Source of the DNA: Candidatus Marinacidobacterales bacterium
Lineage (GTDB): Bacteria > Acidobacteriota > Vicinamibacteria > Marinacidobacterales > SMYC01
NCBI GenBank assembly: GCA_965237955.1
Contig: OZ250169.1
Coordinates: 5,440,001-5,504,000, forward strand
DNA: 64,000 nucleotides
Direction: 5' to 3'
Shown here piece after piece: positions 29,008 through 40,200 of the stretch; the stretch's first letter is position 1; each line of letters starts with the position of its first letter. The position numbers and the translations under genes are program-made. The notes below the pieces were generated by a model. It saw nothing but the letters and a program-made list of their open reading frames with translations. It was not told the origin of the DNA and did no database searches.

Positions 29008-30727
29008 GGTTCTCCTGTCGTTTCGGGGGATCTGATTTGTGTTGGAGGGCATGGCCTATGGACGCTGCCGCGATTGTGGAAAACGCCGAAAACTCCGGGC
29101 GAGAGAGGCGTTTAGGGAAAGGTTGTGAGCACGTACAAACGTGGAGCGGCGTTTTCCACAATCGCTTGGAAAACGCTTCGCGTTTCCCACGAGCGCCCAC
29201 AGGCCCCTCCTGATATATATACAAGAAAGATTAATTCATATGGAATAAGGAAGGGGGGGCTCGATTAGTGGAGGCTATAGAAAACGCCCTTCCAGGCTTC
29301 GAAGAGAACTCAGTCGTGAGCAAGGTCTGAACGACCAGAACCGTGGGGGCGTTTCCCACAGCCTCGTCTCCCGCTGAGGGGCAGTGGCATTTGGTGAGGC
29401 CCGTGGGTTGAGAGGGTAAGCCATGTGTAGATGCGCATCGGCGAGAACGCTAGAATCTTTTTTTTCCGAAAGAGAAAAGAGCGTTCCCGCGATGCGCGTT
29501 ACTACGTTAGTCAACAAGCTCATCGGATTGCAAGGCCTGTGGGTCCGAGGTTTCCACTTCCAGGCGGACAAAGCCAGAGTGGTGGTGGATGTAGTACCAC
29601 GGAGGAGGAAGCCTCTGTGCGGGATTTGCGGACGAAAGGTCCGCAAGAACAAAGATCGCTACAATCGCTACTGGCGGCACTTGGACCTGTTCGGAGTCCG
29701 GACCTATCTTCGCTACTCGATCCGACGAGTGGTATGTCGGCGGTGTGGAGTGGTCAGAGAAAAGGTGCCTTGGGCAGACAAGGGAAGCCGCTTTACCAAA
29801 AGCTTCGAACAAGAGGTAGCGTGGCTGGCACAGAGGACGGACGTCAGCGCCGTAGCGAACTATTTCCGAGTGACGTGGCGTTCGGTGCGACGGATCATCC
29901 AGCGAGTGGTTGCCGAGCAGCGGGATGAGCGGCGCGAGCTCGATGGATTGCGGGTGATTGGGATGGACGAGATCAGCTACCGCAAACGCCACAAGTACTT
30001 AACAGTGGTAATAGACCATCTCAGCGGCCGGGTCGTCTGGGCGGGAAAGGAGCGCAAGGCCAAGACGCTGCTGCGGTTTTTCCGCAAGCTCGGACCACAA
30101 AGAGCCGCGGAGCTCGAAGCGGTCAGCATGGACATGTGGGAGCCGTACATAACTGTCGTCGGCAAAAAGGCTCCTCAGGCACGGGTGATCTTTGACCGCT
30201 TCCACATCGTCAAGCATCTGAACGAGGCCGTGGATAAGACCCGGCGCGAGCTGGTGCGCGAGCTCAAAGGGACTGCCCGGCGCAACCTCAAGAACACCAA
30301 GTTTCCCCTTCTCAAGGCCAAACACAACCGCAGCGCGAAAGACAAACGGGTGCTCCGCGAGCAGGTGCGAGCTAATCGTCGCCTCTACCGCGCCATGCTT
30401 CTGCGCGACGACTTCATGGACCTCTACACCTACAAAACCGAGACATGGGCCAAGAAGTTTCTCCGAGGATGGCTGCGGCGCGCTATGAGCTCGAGGATAG
30501 AGCCCGTCAAACGCGCGGCGAAGATGATCCGCAGCCACTTCGATGGCGTCATCGCGTGGGTCACGTGGAGACTCAGCAACGGCCGACTCGAAGGAATGAA
30601 CAACAAAATCAGGCTGCTGAGCCACCGCAGCTTTGGACTCCACTCTGCCGAAGCTCTCATCAGTCTCGTCTACCTAAACTGTGGCGGTCTCACCCTCGAG
30701 AGGATCCACTGAAATGGCAGGAGAGGC
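29008..30727 (+). mobile_element. ISL3-family element
   Basis: GGTTCTCCTG..GGATC / GATCC..CAGGAGAGGC IRs and an AT-rich 8-bp TSD AAATATAG (29000-29007, 30728-30735). Confidence 0.95.
29492..30712 (+). CDS. ISL3 transposase
   Basis: CGIC..CRRC zinc finger, IGMDE, SMDMW, FDRFHIV and SNGRLEGMNNKI. Confidence 0.95.
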   Translation: MRVTTLVNKLIGLQGLWVRGFHFQADKARVVVDVVPRRRKPLCGICGRKVRKNKDRYNRYWRHLDLFGVRTYLRYSIRRVVCRRCGVVREKVPWADKGSRFTKSFEQEVAWLAQRTDVSAVANYFRVTWRSVRRIIQRVVAEQRDERRELDGLRVIGMDEISYRKRHKYLTVVIDHLSGRVVWAGKERKAKTLLRFFRKLGPQRAAELEAVSMDMWEPYITVVGKKAPQARVIFDRFHIVKHLNEAVDKTRRELVRELKGTARRNLKNTKFPLLKAKHNRSAKDKRVLREQVRANRRLYRAMLLRDDFMDLYTYKTETWAKKFLRGWLRRAMSSRIEPVKRAAKMIRSHFDGVIAWVTWRLSNGRLEGMNNKIRLLSHRSFGLHSAEALISLVYLNCGGLTLERIH

Positions 30728-31084
30728 AAATATAGAATCGAGGGCGGCGCAAGGAGCCCGTAGGGCGACCGAAGCGGCCCCGGATTCAGCGCGACGCGGG
30801 AAGGTCCGTTGGTCGGCCCGGCGGAAGGTAACGGTGGTGCTAGAGCTAATGCGTGGCGTCGAACTGGAGGCGACGAGCCGGAAGTACGCAGTGACGGCGG
30901 CGACACTGACGAGTTGGCGCGATGCGTTTCTGCAAGGAGGCGAGGACGGGCTGAAGAGCCGGACGAGGGAGGTGGCGGACGAGGAGAAGAAGACGCTGAA
31001 GTCCGCAGTGACCGGTCTGGTGATGGACAACGAGCTGTTGAAGGAACGCATCCGGCAGCTGGAGGATGAGAACCCTTTTCTACG

Positions 31085-31990
31085 ATGGAGGTCGAACAGA
31101 TGAGCCGGACCAAGTCGCCCTCCACCGGAACGCCGTATGGTCTGGCCCGTGTCTTGGGGGCCTGGGGCGTGCCCCGGTCGACGTACTATTGGCAACGGAC
31201 TCGGCGGCACAATCCGCTCGAGGCACGCAAGCGCGGACCGAAGACCGCGTTCAGCGACAAGGAACTGACCGAACGGCTCCGGCAGGAGATCGCGGCCTCG
31301 CCGTTTACCGGAGAAGGCCATCGTAAATTCTGGGCCCGGCTCCGGATCGCGGGTGTCCGGACCTCGAAGGCCCGGGTCCTGCGCTTGATGCGGGACGCGC
31401 AGCTGCTGGCGCCCCAGCGGCAAGCGGCGCCCGTCGCCGAGAAGGTGCATACCGGAACCATCGTGACCGAGCGCCCGAATCAGATGTGGGGCATTGACGC
31501 CACGGCCACCGTGACGATCGAGGAGGGCCAGGTCACCGTGTTCGCCGCAGTCGATCATTGCACTGCGGAGTGTGTCGGCATCCATGCGGTCAAACGGGCG
31601 ACTCGTTTTGAGGCCCTGGACCCGATCCGGCAAGGCGTTAACGAGCACTTCGGTGGCTTTCACGCCCGTGGCGCGACAGGACTCCAGCTTCGCCACGATC
31701 ACGGATCGCAGTTCATGAGCGATGACTTTCAGAACGAAATCCGGTTCCTCGGGATCGAGTTCTCGCCCGCCTTCGTCCGTGAACCCGAGGGCAACGGCTG
31801 CATCGAACGTTTTTTCAAAACGCTCAAGGAACAATTGCTCTGGGTTCGCCACTTCCGTTCCATATCGGAACTGGTTCACGCCCTTCAGGAGTTCCGCGCT
31901 CTCTACAACCGATCCTGGTTGATCGAGCGCCTTGGATTTCAATCTCCGATTCAGGCGCGAGAACGTCTTGCGCTCGAACCGGCTGCTTGA
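31085..31990 (+). CDS. IS3 OrfB (DDE integrase core)
   Basis: PNQMWGID, RHDHGSQF and NGCIERFFKTLK. Confidence 0.92.
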   Translation: MEVEQMSRTKSPSTGTPYGLARVLGAWGVPRSTYYWQRTRRHNPLEARKRGPKTAFSDKELTERLRQEIAASPFTGEGHRKFWARLRIAGVRTSKARVLRLMRDAQLLAPQRQAAPVAEKVHTGTIVTERPNQMWGIDATATVTIEEGQVTVFAAVDHCTAECVGIHAVKRATRFEALDPIRQGVNEHFGGFHARGATGLQLRHDHGSQFMSDDFQNEIRFLGIEFSPAFVREPEGNGCIERFFKTLKEQLLWVRHFRSISELVHALQEFRALYNRSWLIERLGFQSPIQARERLALEPAA

Positions 31991-32456
31991 TTATGGTGGG
32001 CTCGTTCTGTCCAAGAAATCAGGGGCGCAACACTCGCCGGCTGCTGGGTCCCTGCACGTAGTGCGACGCGAGTGGATCCCATCGAGGTGCGCAAGGCCGA
32101 GTGACGAAAATCAGAAAAGCCCATCGATGATCGTGATGTCGCTCGTGTCGAGCTCGTCATGCGTGAAGTAGATCCGCCGCCCGTCGGCTGAGACTACGAG
32201 ACATCGCTCGCGGCCACGGTGTAGATACCTGGTGGCACGTCGACGAAGGCGTGCTGTCCCTGGTCGTTGCTCGGCGTGGGGCGTGTCTGATTCGTTCCTT
32301 CGTTCGTCAACGTCACGACGACGCCGTGGATGTTGAAACAGCTCAGCTTGGTCAATTCGCGCGGCCTCGTCGCGTTGAATCGTTTCCCTTCACCGCCTTG
32401 AGCTTCAGGTCACGGCAGGCTAGATTGTGAGTATCGATTGTGACGGGGAGATCATC

Positions 32457-33119
32457 ATGCTGCTGGGAATTCTTCTTCTTGCGCTCACCACACCTGCCAC
32501 CTCCCAAGAGGCCGACGGCGCTTTGGGTGGACTCGATCGTGCGACCGTAGAGAGAGTCATTGCCAACGTCTCCGAGGGGCGCTGGCCCCACATGTTTCAT
32601 CTGGGAGGTCTGGGCGCTGGATTCGACGTTACGACGCCTTATATGAAAATCGCTATCGCCTCGGCCACTGCTCAGGGTCGCAATCGCACCTTCACCGCGG
32701 ATAACGTCACTTCCGAAATGCTGACGTTCGATGTCTACGTGACGCCTCCCCCCAAATCCAGCGACGAAGCCATTCGTCAGTTCGTCGAGTACGAAGCGAA
32801 CCATGAGAGCCACGGTCTGTTGAGCCACTGCGTGATAGCGCCCACCCATACCGAGGTCCTGAACGTGGTCGATGCCGTTGTCACCGGACCCCATGGCACG
32901 GAGTTGGACGAGGTGTCGCTCGCCGAAACGAAGCCCTTGGACGTGAGGGTCGCGGATGCCGGAGCTCGAGCACCGGATTCAGCCGGTCGCTACGGCACCG
33001 GCTTGATCGTGACCATCCCTTTGGAGGCGGTTCGGCAGCGGGCGAACCTGCGAGTCTTATTTTCCAACGGTTCTCACGATGACTTGAAGTTGGAACCGGA
33101 GTGGCTCCGATCGCCGTAG
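32457..33119 (+). CDS. Hypothetical secreted protein
   Basis: GGGGAG SD, clear signal peptide and a 220-codon frame. No motif recognised. Confidence 0.6.
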   Translation: MLLGILLLALTTPATSQEADGALGGLDRATVERVIANVSEGRWPHMFHLGGLGAGFDVTTPYMKIAIASATAQGRNRTFTADNVTSEMLTFDVYVTPPPKSSDEAIRQFVEYEANHESHGLLSHCVIAPTHTEVLNVVDAVVTGPHGTELDEVSLAETKPLDVRVADAGARAPDSAGRYGTGLIVTIPLEAVRQRANLRVLFSNGSHDDLKLEPEWLRSP

Positions 33120-33763
33120 GCTCCGTTTCAGTCGCCACGAACCACTAGGTACTAGTTCGGCGTCTCCCATCAAAACGAAGGCGGCCCCCAATAGAAAGGG
33201 TGAGAAATAGCCGTTCTCGCTGTTTGTTCTTCGGATCAGCTCGATCTAGCTCATCGTTTCGTCTCAGCACACGGTCCAGGCCTACGATCCGAACGACGGC
33301 AAGGTTGTCACTCATCATTATTAATCCGGAGGAATACGCACGTAGCCACGCACCGCTGTCGGACACGGAGGCAGCGAAGCCAACGGCACGCCCCGGAAGC
33401 ATGTTTGGGCATGGCGAGGACGTCTGTCGGTGACGAGTTCAGGTGGTTCGAGAACTGGCCTTACCGCCACCGCTCATCTAGGCCCACTCGAGCTTTCTGC
33501 TCAAGCAGCCTCGCGCCATTCGTAGCGGTGGTGGAGTCCGCCCACACACGGTAGCGCAACCACCTTTGCCGTGGGTGACGGTCGCGGCATGATTGCTCTT
33601 GTGTTCGGGGTGTCTTTCTTGAGTCCCAAGTGGCAACGGTCCTCGTGGTAATAGCAGATTTATGCCGAGTACCGGATTATGCCGCGTAGGGGTGGTGCGC
33701 GTTGGATCGATGCACGGTTGGCGCGTGTTTTGCGCGGTTGAAGGCATTCTCTACGCGGCATAA

Positions 33764-34321
33764 TCAAAGGCTCTCCAAGAAGGCGAGTAGCTGGTCCTGA
33801 GGGCGGAAGCGTCCAGGCCTTGTATTGGGCAGAGCGGTCTTTGCGAGCGCACGTTCCTTGATGGCGAGATCTGCGTGCAGATAGATCTGAGTGGTCTCGA
33901 CAGATTCGTGCCCAAGCCAAAGGGCGATGACGCTGGTGTCGACCCCAGCCTCGAGGAGCTGAACGGCGGTGGTGTGGCGCAGGACGTGGGGGGATACGTT
34001 TTTGTTGATGAGAGCCGGGCACTTCTTGCAAGCGGCGGCGGCGTGCTTTTTGACGAGCCGTTCGACGGCGTCGCGGCTCAGGACGCCGCCGCGACGGCTG
34101 GGGAACAGCGGCTCAGCTGGAGTTGCACGTTGTTGCTTAATCCAGTTTCGGAGAACCGCGACTGCCTGAGAAGTGAGAGGCGTAGAACGTTGCTTACGGC
34201 GCTTGCCTCGACAGCGGACGTGAGCAACAGATTCAAGAGAGATATCTTCGCACTTCAGCTGGATGAGCTCCGAGACACGAAGTCCGGTTTGGATCATCGT
34301 GAGCAGGAGCGCATGGTCTCG
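33764..34321 (-). pseudogene. Tyrosine recombinase (RitC-like), catalytic half only
   Basis: TGLRVSEL, SPHVLRHT, IALWLGHES.ETTQIY and GRFRPQDQLLAFLESL. The N-terminus is replaced by IS256. Confidence 0.9.
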
Positions 34322-35768
34322 GGGAGGTGCCCCCACCATAGTTGAAGGTTCGAGGTGGTGGCGGCTCCTGACACATGGTTTACCCGACTTTGGCGTGCTT
34401 GTCGAGCGCTTGATTCTCAGTGACCTCCGCTAACTTCGCTTCGAGGATCGGTAGCGATTGGTATCCAATGATACGACGGAAATTTTTCTCCGTGGCGAGC
34501 AGAGCCGAAGCGGCCCATCTCAGAACCATCTTGCCATTGCGCCAGCGGGTGACGCGACGGGTACGACCTCGCGCACCGCTGAAGCACGACTCGATGATGT
34601 TCGTCGATCCAAGGCAGCGTTTCAGAGATGCGGGGAGGTCGAGCTCGTTGATGGTGAACATCTCGTCGAGCCCCTCCCGGATGCTCTCCGCCGCCGAGGG
34701 GTAGTCGTCCTCGAGCCACTTCGCCTGTTGCTCCAACCGCGCTTTGCCCTTCTTTGCTGGGAGCTGCCAGGCCGAACGCAGGCTCGCTTGCACTTGCGGC
34801 TTCAGCTCCTGCGGCAGATAACCGAGCACATTGCGCTCCTTGTGCTTCCTGCAACGCTGGACCTTGTTGTGGGTACCGAACACAGCGTCGACGGCGACCC
34901 GTAGCGCCTTGGAGCCATCGATCACGAACAGCCGACACCGCTCTGGGCTCAGGCCTCGTTCGACCAGGTCCTCCAGCAGCGCCTTGCACACTATCTGGTT
35001 CTCCGATGCTCCATCCCGAAGCCCCAGAACATGCTTGTATCCCTCTGTATCTACGCCGATTGCCGCCAGAGCGTGGTGCACGCCGAAGCGAATCCCGTCC
35101 AGATACACGACCGCGATCTCCAGCTCGTCCAGTGGACGCTCCATCAGCCCCTGCAACTGCTCCGCGCTTGCTTCCACGAACTCACGGCTCACCTCGCTCT
35201 TGCTAACCCCTACCGTCTCCGCCATCTCGGGAAGAACCGACGCGTACTTGCGCGTCGACACACCCAGCATCAGGATTTCCCAGATGCGTTGGCTCAGCCG
35301 AGACGAGTTGTTCACCGCTTCGTAGGCAGGAATCGCAACCTCCCCTCCCTCTGCCTTTCCCTTACGCCGCAGACGTGGCCGGCTCACTCTCAACTTCCGC
35401 TCCGCAAGGCTTACTACGCCACCCTGCCGGCCGTGCCAGCGAACATCGCTACCCTTCTTCCCCGGGTGTTTCTCCCCAGCCACACTTTGGGCTGACAGAT
35501 CCAAGACCGCTTCGATCGTCGCTCGGCCAGCAACGTCGATCACTTCGTCGATCGCTATCTCGGTTCGCTCAATCGCATCCAAGAACGGCAACAGAGCTTG
35601 CCCCTTCGAGCTCAGTATCTCTCGAAGCTTCTTCCTGTTCTTCGCATCGATGATTTGGTAATTTGACATCGTGGTGGCTCCTTTCTTTTTCCTTCACAGC
35701 CGGATTCTATCGAACCCGGCCTTAGGAGCCGCCACTCCTAACCTTCAACTATCTCAGGGGCATCTCCC
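34322..35768 (-). mobile_element. IS256-family element D (intact transposase 34380-35669), no TSD
   Basis: GGGAG.TGCCCC..ATAGTTGAAGGTT IRs. VYLDG, VIDGSKAL, QRCRKHKERN and STNIIES. Confidence 0.93.
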
Positions 35769-37014
35769 TCTACGCGGCATAATCCGGTAGTCGGCATACA
35801 TCAGCTTATGCCGATATCGGCATAAGCTGATGTAAGACCGCATGAGTCGAACGAGATGACTCTCGCCGAGGACCATGATGTGCTCTAGGAGCTCGCGCCG
35901 ACAGCTGCGGATCCAGCGCTCGGCGGTTCCGTTTTGCCAAGGACTGCGAAAAGAAATACGGACCGGCTTTGTGCCCATCGCCTTGATGAACTCGACCACG
36001 GCGGAGCTGAAAATAGAGTCGCGGTCAAAGATGAGGTATCTCGGCGCGGTGTCGTAGGGAAACGCCGCACGTAGTTGCTGCATCACCCATGTCGCCGTCG
36101 GGTGGAACGTGGCGTTGAAGTGAACAATGTGTCGACGGCCGTGCTCGATGACGAAGAAGCCGTAGAGGAGCCGGAGCGACGCCGTCGGCACTGCGAACAG
36201 ATCCATCGCGGCGATGTCGTCCTTGTGGTTCCGCAAGAACGCAACCCAGCGCTTCACCTGATCGGGCTCAGCTGGGCGGCGCGGCAAGTAACGCGACACC
36301 GTCATCTCCGAGACGAGGAATCCGAGCTTCGTGAGCTCCGCGTGGATACGCGGCGCACCCCAGCCGTCTTGCGCCATCGTGCGGATGAGCCGACGAATCT
36401 CGGCATCAATCCGAGGCCGGCCCGGATAGCGCCTGCTTGAGATCCGGGTCCAGTATCGTCGGAATCGATCCCGATTCCACCGCGCGACCCTGTCGGCGTT
36501 GACGATGACCAAGCGGCTCGCCCACGCCGGCCACGAGCTTCGGAGCGCAACCCAGAAGCCCCGGTCGATGTCTCCGAGGAGTGGACGCGGCCGCTCCTTC
36601 TTGAGCGCCATCACTTGCTGCCGCAGCGCGAGGTTTTCCATCACGAGGTCGGCTCGGCGCCGACAGAGCGCGCGCAGCGCGCGAGCACCGAGTGAGACGA
36701 GGAAGATGAGAACACGGAGCATAGCGCCGGAGTGTCCTCCGCCTTCGGCGCGATCTCAAGCGCAGCACAGGGCGCTTTGGCGGAGTCGACAACGGCGCGT
36801 AAGTCTTTGATTTCACGGCCGGACGCATTCTGATGAGGGACAGCTGCTACTCCAGGTAGCCATACATATCAACATATAAATGACCCACTACATGCCTACA
36901 TATTGCACCCAAAATTCAGCCTCTCGGTGTCCATAAAGACGCGTAATCATTGGGGATTCACACTGTCAGTGGGTTCATTCGACTACGGAACTTCAGTTTA
37001 GTTCTCGGTAGGAC

Positions 37015-37192
37015 TCCACCGTGGCCACGCTACCGCTACCGCGATCGTGTCCTTGTGAACATCCAGTCCGACGTATTCGCTATACTCTTCCACGGCCTGT
37101 CCTCCTTGCTTGTGGCTCTGTGCCTTCGTCTTCTACGAGTCGAAAGCTTAATCCACGCTCTCAAGGTTGGGCAGGCCTCAATACATAATGTC
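37015..37192 (-). pseudogene. IS110-family left end plus the first ~22 transposase codons
   Basis: AAGGAGG SD, GTG at 37093, EEYSEYVGLDVHKDTIAVAVA and a ~100-bp upstream non-coding end. Confidence 0.75.
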
Positions 37193-37277
37193 TATCCGTT
37201 ATATTCTAGTGATGAGCCCAGCTAATCTAAAAGAATTATACACGGCTATTTAGAGAGCAGAGCGTAAACCTTCGACT

Positions 37278-40200
37278 ATGATAAAAGGAAAAATGATGAG
37301 ATTTAAAACATTCTCAAAATCAACTCTCTTATTCACTATCTTTCTTGCAGCATTGTTAGTGATAGCGATAGCTGAGCCAGTAACCACTTATGCGAAAAAT
37401 AACGATACGAGCAGTAATATTGTTTATGATCCCGATCTATATGCTGCAATGAAATATCGCTTAATCGGGCCCCACCAAGGCGGGCGAGCTACCGCAGTGG
37501 AAGGGTTTCCGGACAAGCCGTTCACCTTTCTTATGGGAACGGTGGGCGGCGGTGTCTGGAAGACCACCGATGCTGGTGAGTCCTGGAACAATATTTCAGA
37601 TGGGTACATGAATGTCAGTTCCATGGGCGCGATTTCTGCCGCTCCATCCGACCACAATGTCATCTACGTTGGCACTGGTTCTACAGGTGTTCGTGGTTGT
37701 GTCTCTGTTGGCGATGGGGTCTACAAGTCGACTGATGGAGGCACAACATGGAAATACATTGGTCTTCCTGAGGTCGGGCAAGTTAATGTGATCAGGGTTC
37801 ACCCTGACAATCCAGACTTGGTTTATGTGACCGCGTTGGGACACATATTTGGACCAAATGAGGAACGCGGCATATATCGTACAAAGGATGGAGGGCAAAC
37901 GTGGGAGAAGGTGCTGTACGTGAGTGAGAAGACAGGAGCCATAGACCTGGTGGTGAGCCCGGATAATCCGCGAGAACTATATGCGGCTATGTGGAGGGCA
38001 GAGCGGAAGCCATGGACCATGATCAGTGGAGGTAATGAAGGAGGAATATACAAAACTACCGATGGAGGGGATACATGGGCCAAGTTGACAAATGGTATTC
38101 CGGAATATCCCATCGGAAGAATAGGCCTGGCGATTTCCAAGGCGAATCCAGATCGTGTATACGCACTCATCGAAGCCGCAGGATGGCTAGGAGGCCTTTA
38201 TCGGTCTGACGATAGGGGGGAGGAGTTTAACCTCATTAACCCAAGCAAGGATTTAATGGCTCGCCCCTGGTATTACATGCATGTTGATGCTGACCCCCAG
38301 AACGCAGACATTGTCTGGGTAAATAATGAACTTCTTTCACAATCTACTGATGGAGGTAAGACTTTTACGAGGGTAGGAACGCCGCATGACGACAATCACG
38401 ACATGTGGATAAACCCGGACAATCCGGCTCTGATGATCCAGTCAAATGACGGTGGTGTGAATATTACGTTTAACGGGGGGAGGACATGGAGTACACAGCA
38501 TAACCAGCCTACCGCTGAGCACTACACAGTGGCGGTAGACAACCAATTTCCTTACAGGGTTTACGCGCCTCAGCAGGACAACTCTACAATTAGTATTCCA
38601 AGCCGCATTATCGATGGGCCGCTTACACCCACTCAAACGTGGTATGGCGTTGCTGGTTGTGAGACCGGACCTATTGCTGTTGATCCGCGCGATCCAAACA
38701 TCATCTATGGAGGATGTAAGGGCAGAATCAGTCGACTTAATCTCAGGACCGGTCAGGAACGGCAAATCGCTGTATATCCTGAGGGTCTGCAATCCATGCC
38801 CAACGCAGAGATTAAGTACCGCTTCCAGTGGGAATCCCAGATTCTCATCTCCCCGCACAACCCGGACGTTATCTACCATCCATCTCACTTGGTACACAAG
38901 ACGACCAACCACGGTCAAAGCTGGGAGATCATAAGTCCTGACTTAACGAACTTCGAACAACACAGACATCTCCATGAGGATTTGCCCGGTGAGCCTATTA
39001 CCCATGACCAAACCGCAGTAGAGATCTATGGTGTTATTTTTGCTTTTGCCGAATCTCCACTTACTGAAGGCGAATTATGGGCTGGCAGCGATGATGGCTT
39101 GATTCATATCTCTCAAGATGGAGGCAGAATCTGGAACAATATTACACCTAACGGACTGGCGTTGCATAGCACAGTGGACAAAATTGTCGTGTCGAATCAC
39201 CAACCTGGCCGCGCTTTCGCAGCCGTACACCGTTACCGTATGGATGACTTTACTCCTTACTTTTACCGTACGGAGGATTATGGGCATTCCTGGAAGCTCT
39301 CAACCAGTGGCATCCCTGCAGGTCATCCACTCCGGTCCATAGCGGAAGATCCTGACCGCGAGGGATTAGTATATGCCGGTACAGAATTTGGGTTGTTTGT
39401 CTCGTTTGATAATGGTGACCACTGGCAATCACTTCAGCTCAACTTGCCGGTGACTCCTGTTATGGATTTGCAGGTGCATGAAAAGGATTTGGTTGTGGCA
39501 ACAATGGGCCGCTCAATATGGATATTGGATGATCTAACCCCTCTCCACCAGTTGACAGACGAAGTAGCAAATGCAGATATCCATCTCTTCAAGCCTCGCG
39601 ATGCCTATCGGCTGAGATTGAATCGTGGCCGAGCTGCCGCATCACGTTCGGCTGAGAACCCGCCTGACGGAGCCATGGTCTTCTATTATTTCAAAGCTGT
39701 ACCCGAAGATGAAGTCATACTTGAGGTTCTGGAATCGAGCGGCAAAGTCGTAAAGTCATCTTCCAGCAAAGACGAAGATGGTTTGCCTGTGAATAGAGGA
39801 ATGAACCGATTCGTGTGGAATCTTCGATATCCGGGTCCGTATGTGACGAAAGGCGTAGATGAAGGCCGCAGCAGACCTATTCGAGGTTACCTGGGAGAAA
39901 TCGCCGCCGTACCTGGGACATACAAGGTGAGACTTACGGTCGGTGAATGGAGCCACACGGAATCCCTTGAGGTTAAGAAGGATCCGCGTCTGGAAACAAC
40001 TCAAGCAGAGTTACAGGAACAGTTCGATCTTATGGTTGAGGTGAGAGACAAGATAACTGAAACCCAGAAGAGCGTCACAAAGATCATGTCAGTGCGCGAA
40101 CAGATAAACAATAAAGCTGAACGCGCAGCGAAGCCTGATCTAAAGCAGCTTGCGGAGTCTATCAGTGAGAAGCTTTCAATAGCCGAAAGGAAACTCTGCA

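Larger units (their letters stand above)
28923..32032 (+). mobile_element. IS3-family element with orfA disrupted by ISL3
   Basis: TGT...ACA ends with IR GATTTCTT(T)GGACAG. orfA is 28986-29007 plus 30736-31103, with a CCCTTTT slippery site at 31073-31079. 12-bp flanking repeat CTCGCCGGCTGC. Confidence 0.9.
26911..32104 (+). pseudogene. MacB/FtsX (ADOP-type) ABC permease C-terminal part, interrupted by IS256 and IS3::ISL3
   Basis: DPIGQQL..VVGVVGHVR, LASVGLFGV, ELGIRIALGA, and LAGCWVPARSATRVDP after 32033. Confidence 0.85.
33660..35825 (-). mobile_element. RIT (recombinase-in-trio) remnant
   Basis: TTATGCCG-N9-TTATGCCGCGTAG at 33660 and inverted at 35770-35798, a third site at 33751-33763, and palindrome TTATGCCGATATCGGCATAA at 35806-35825. 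Confidence 0.85.
33501..36722 (-). pseudogene. Integrase-core (rve, IS481-like) transposase split by a RIT element
   Basis: ENLALRQQ, WGAPRIHAEL, LIFDRD and SPWQNGTAER...SYI. It resumes at 33659 as ICYYHEDRCHLGL...VGGLHHRYEWREAA. TGT end at 36842. Confidence 0.88.

Noticed and set aside
30674-31942. 422-aa minus-strand ORF
   Set aside because: Antisense shadow of IS3 orfA/orfB.
33130-33430. Possible group II intron or ncRNA remnant
   Set aside because: No domain V/VI motif, no GUGYG boundary and no RT gene seen.
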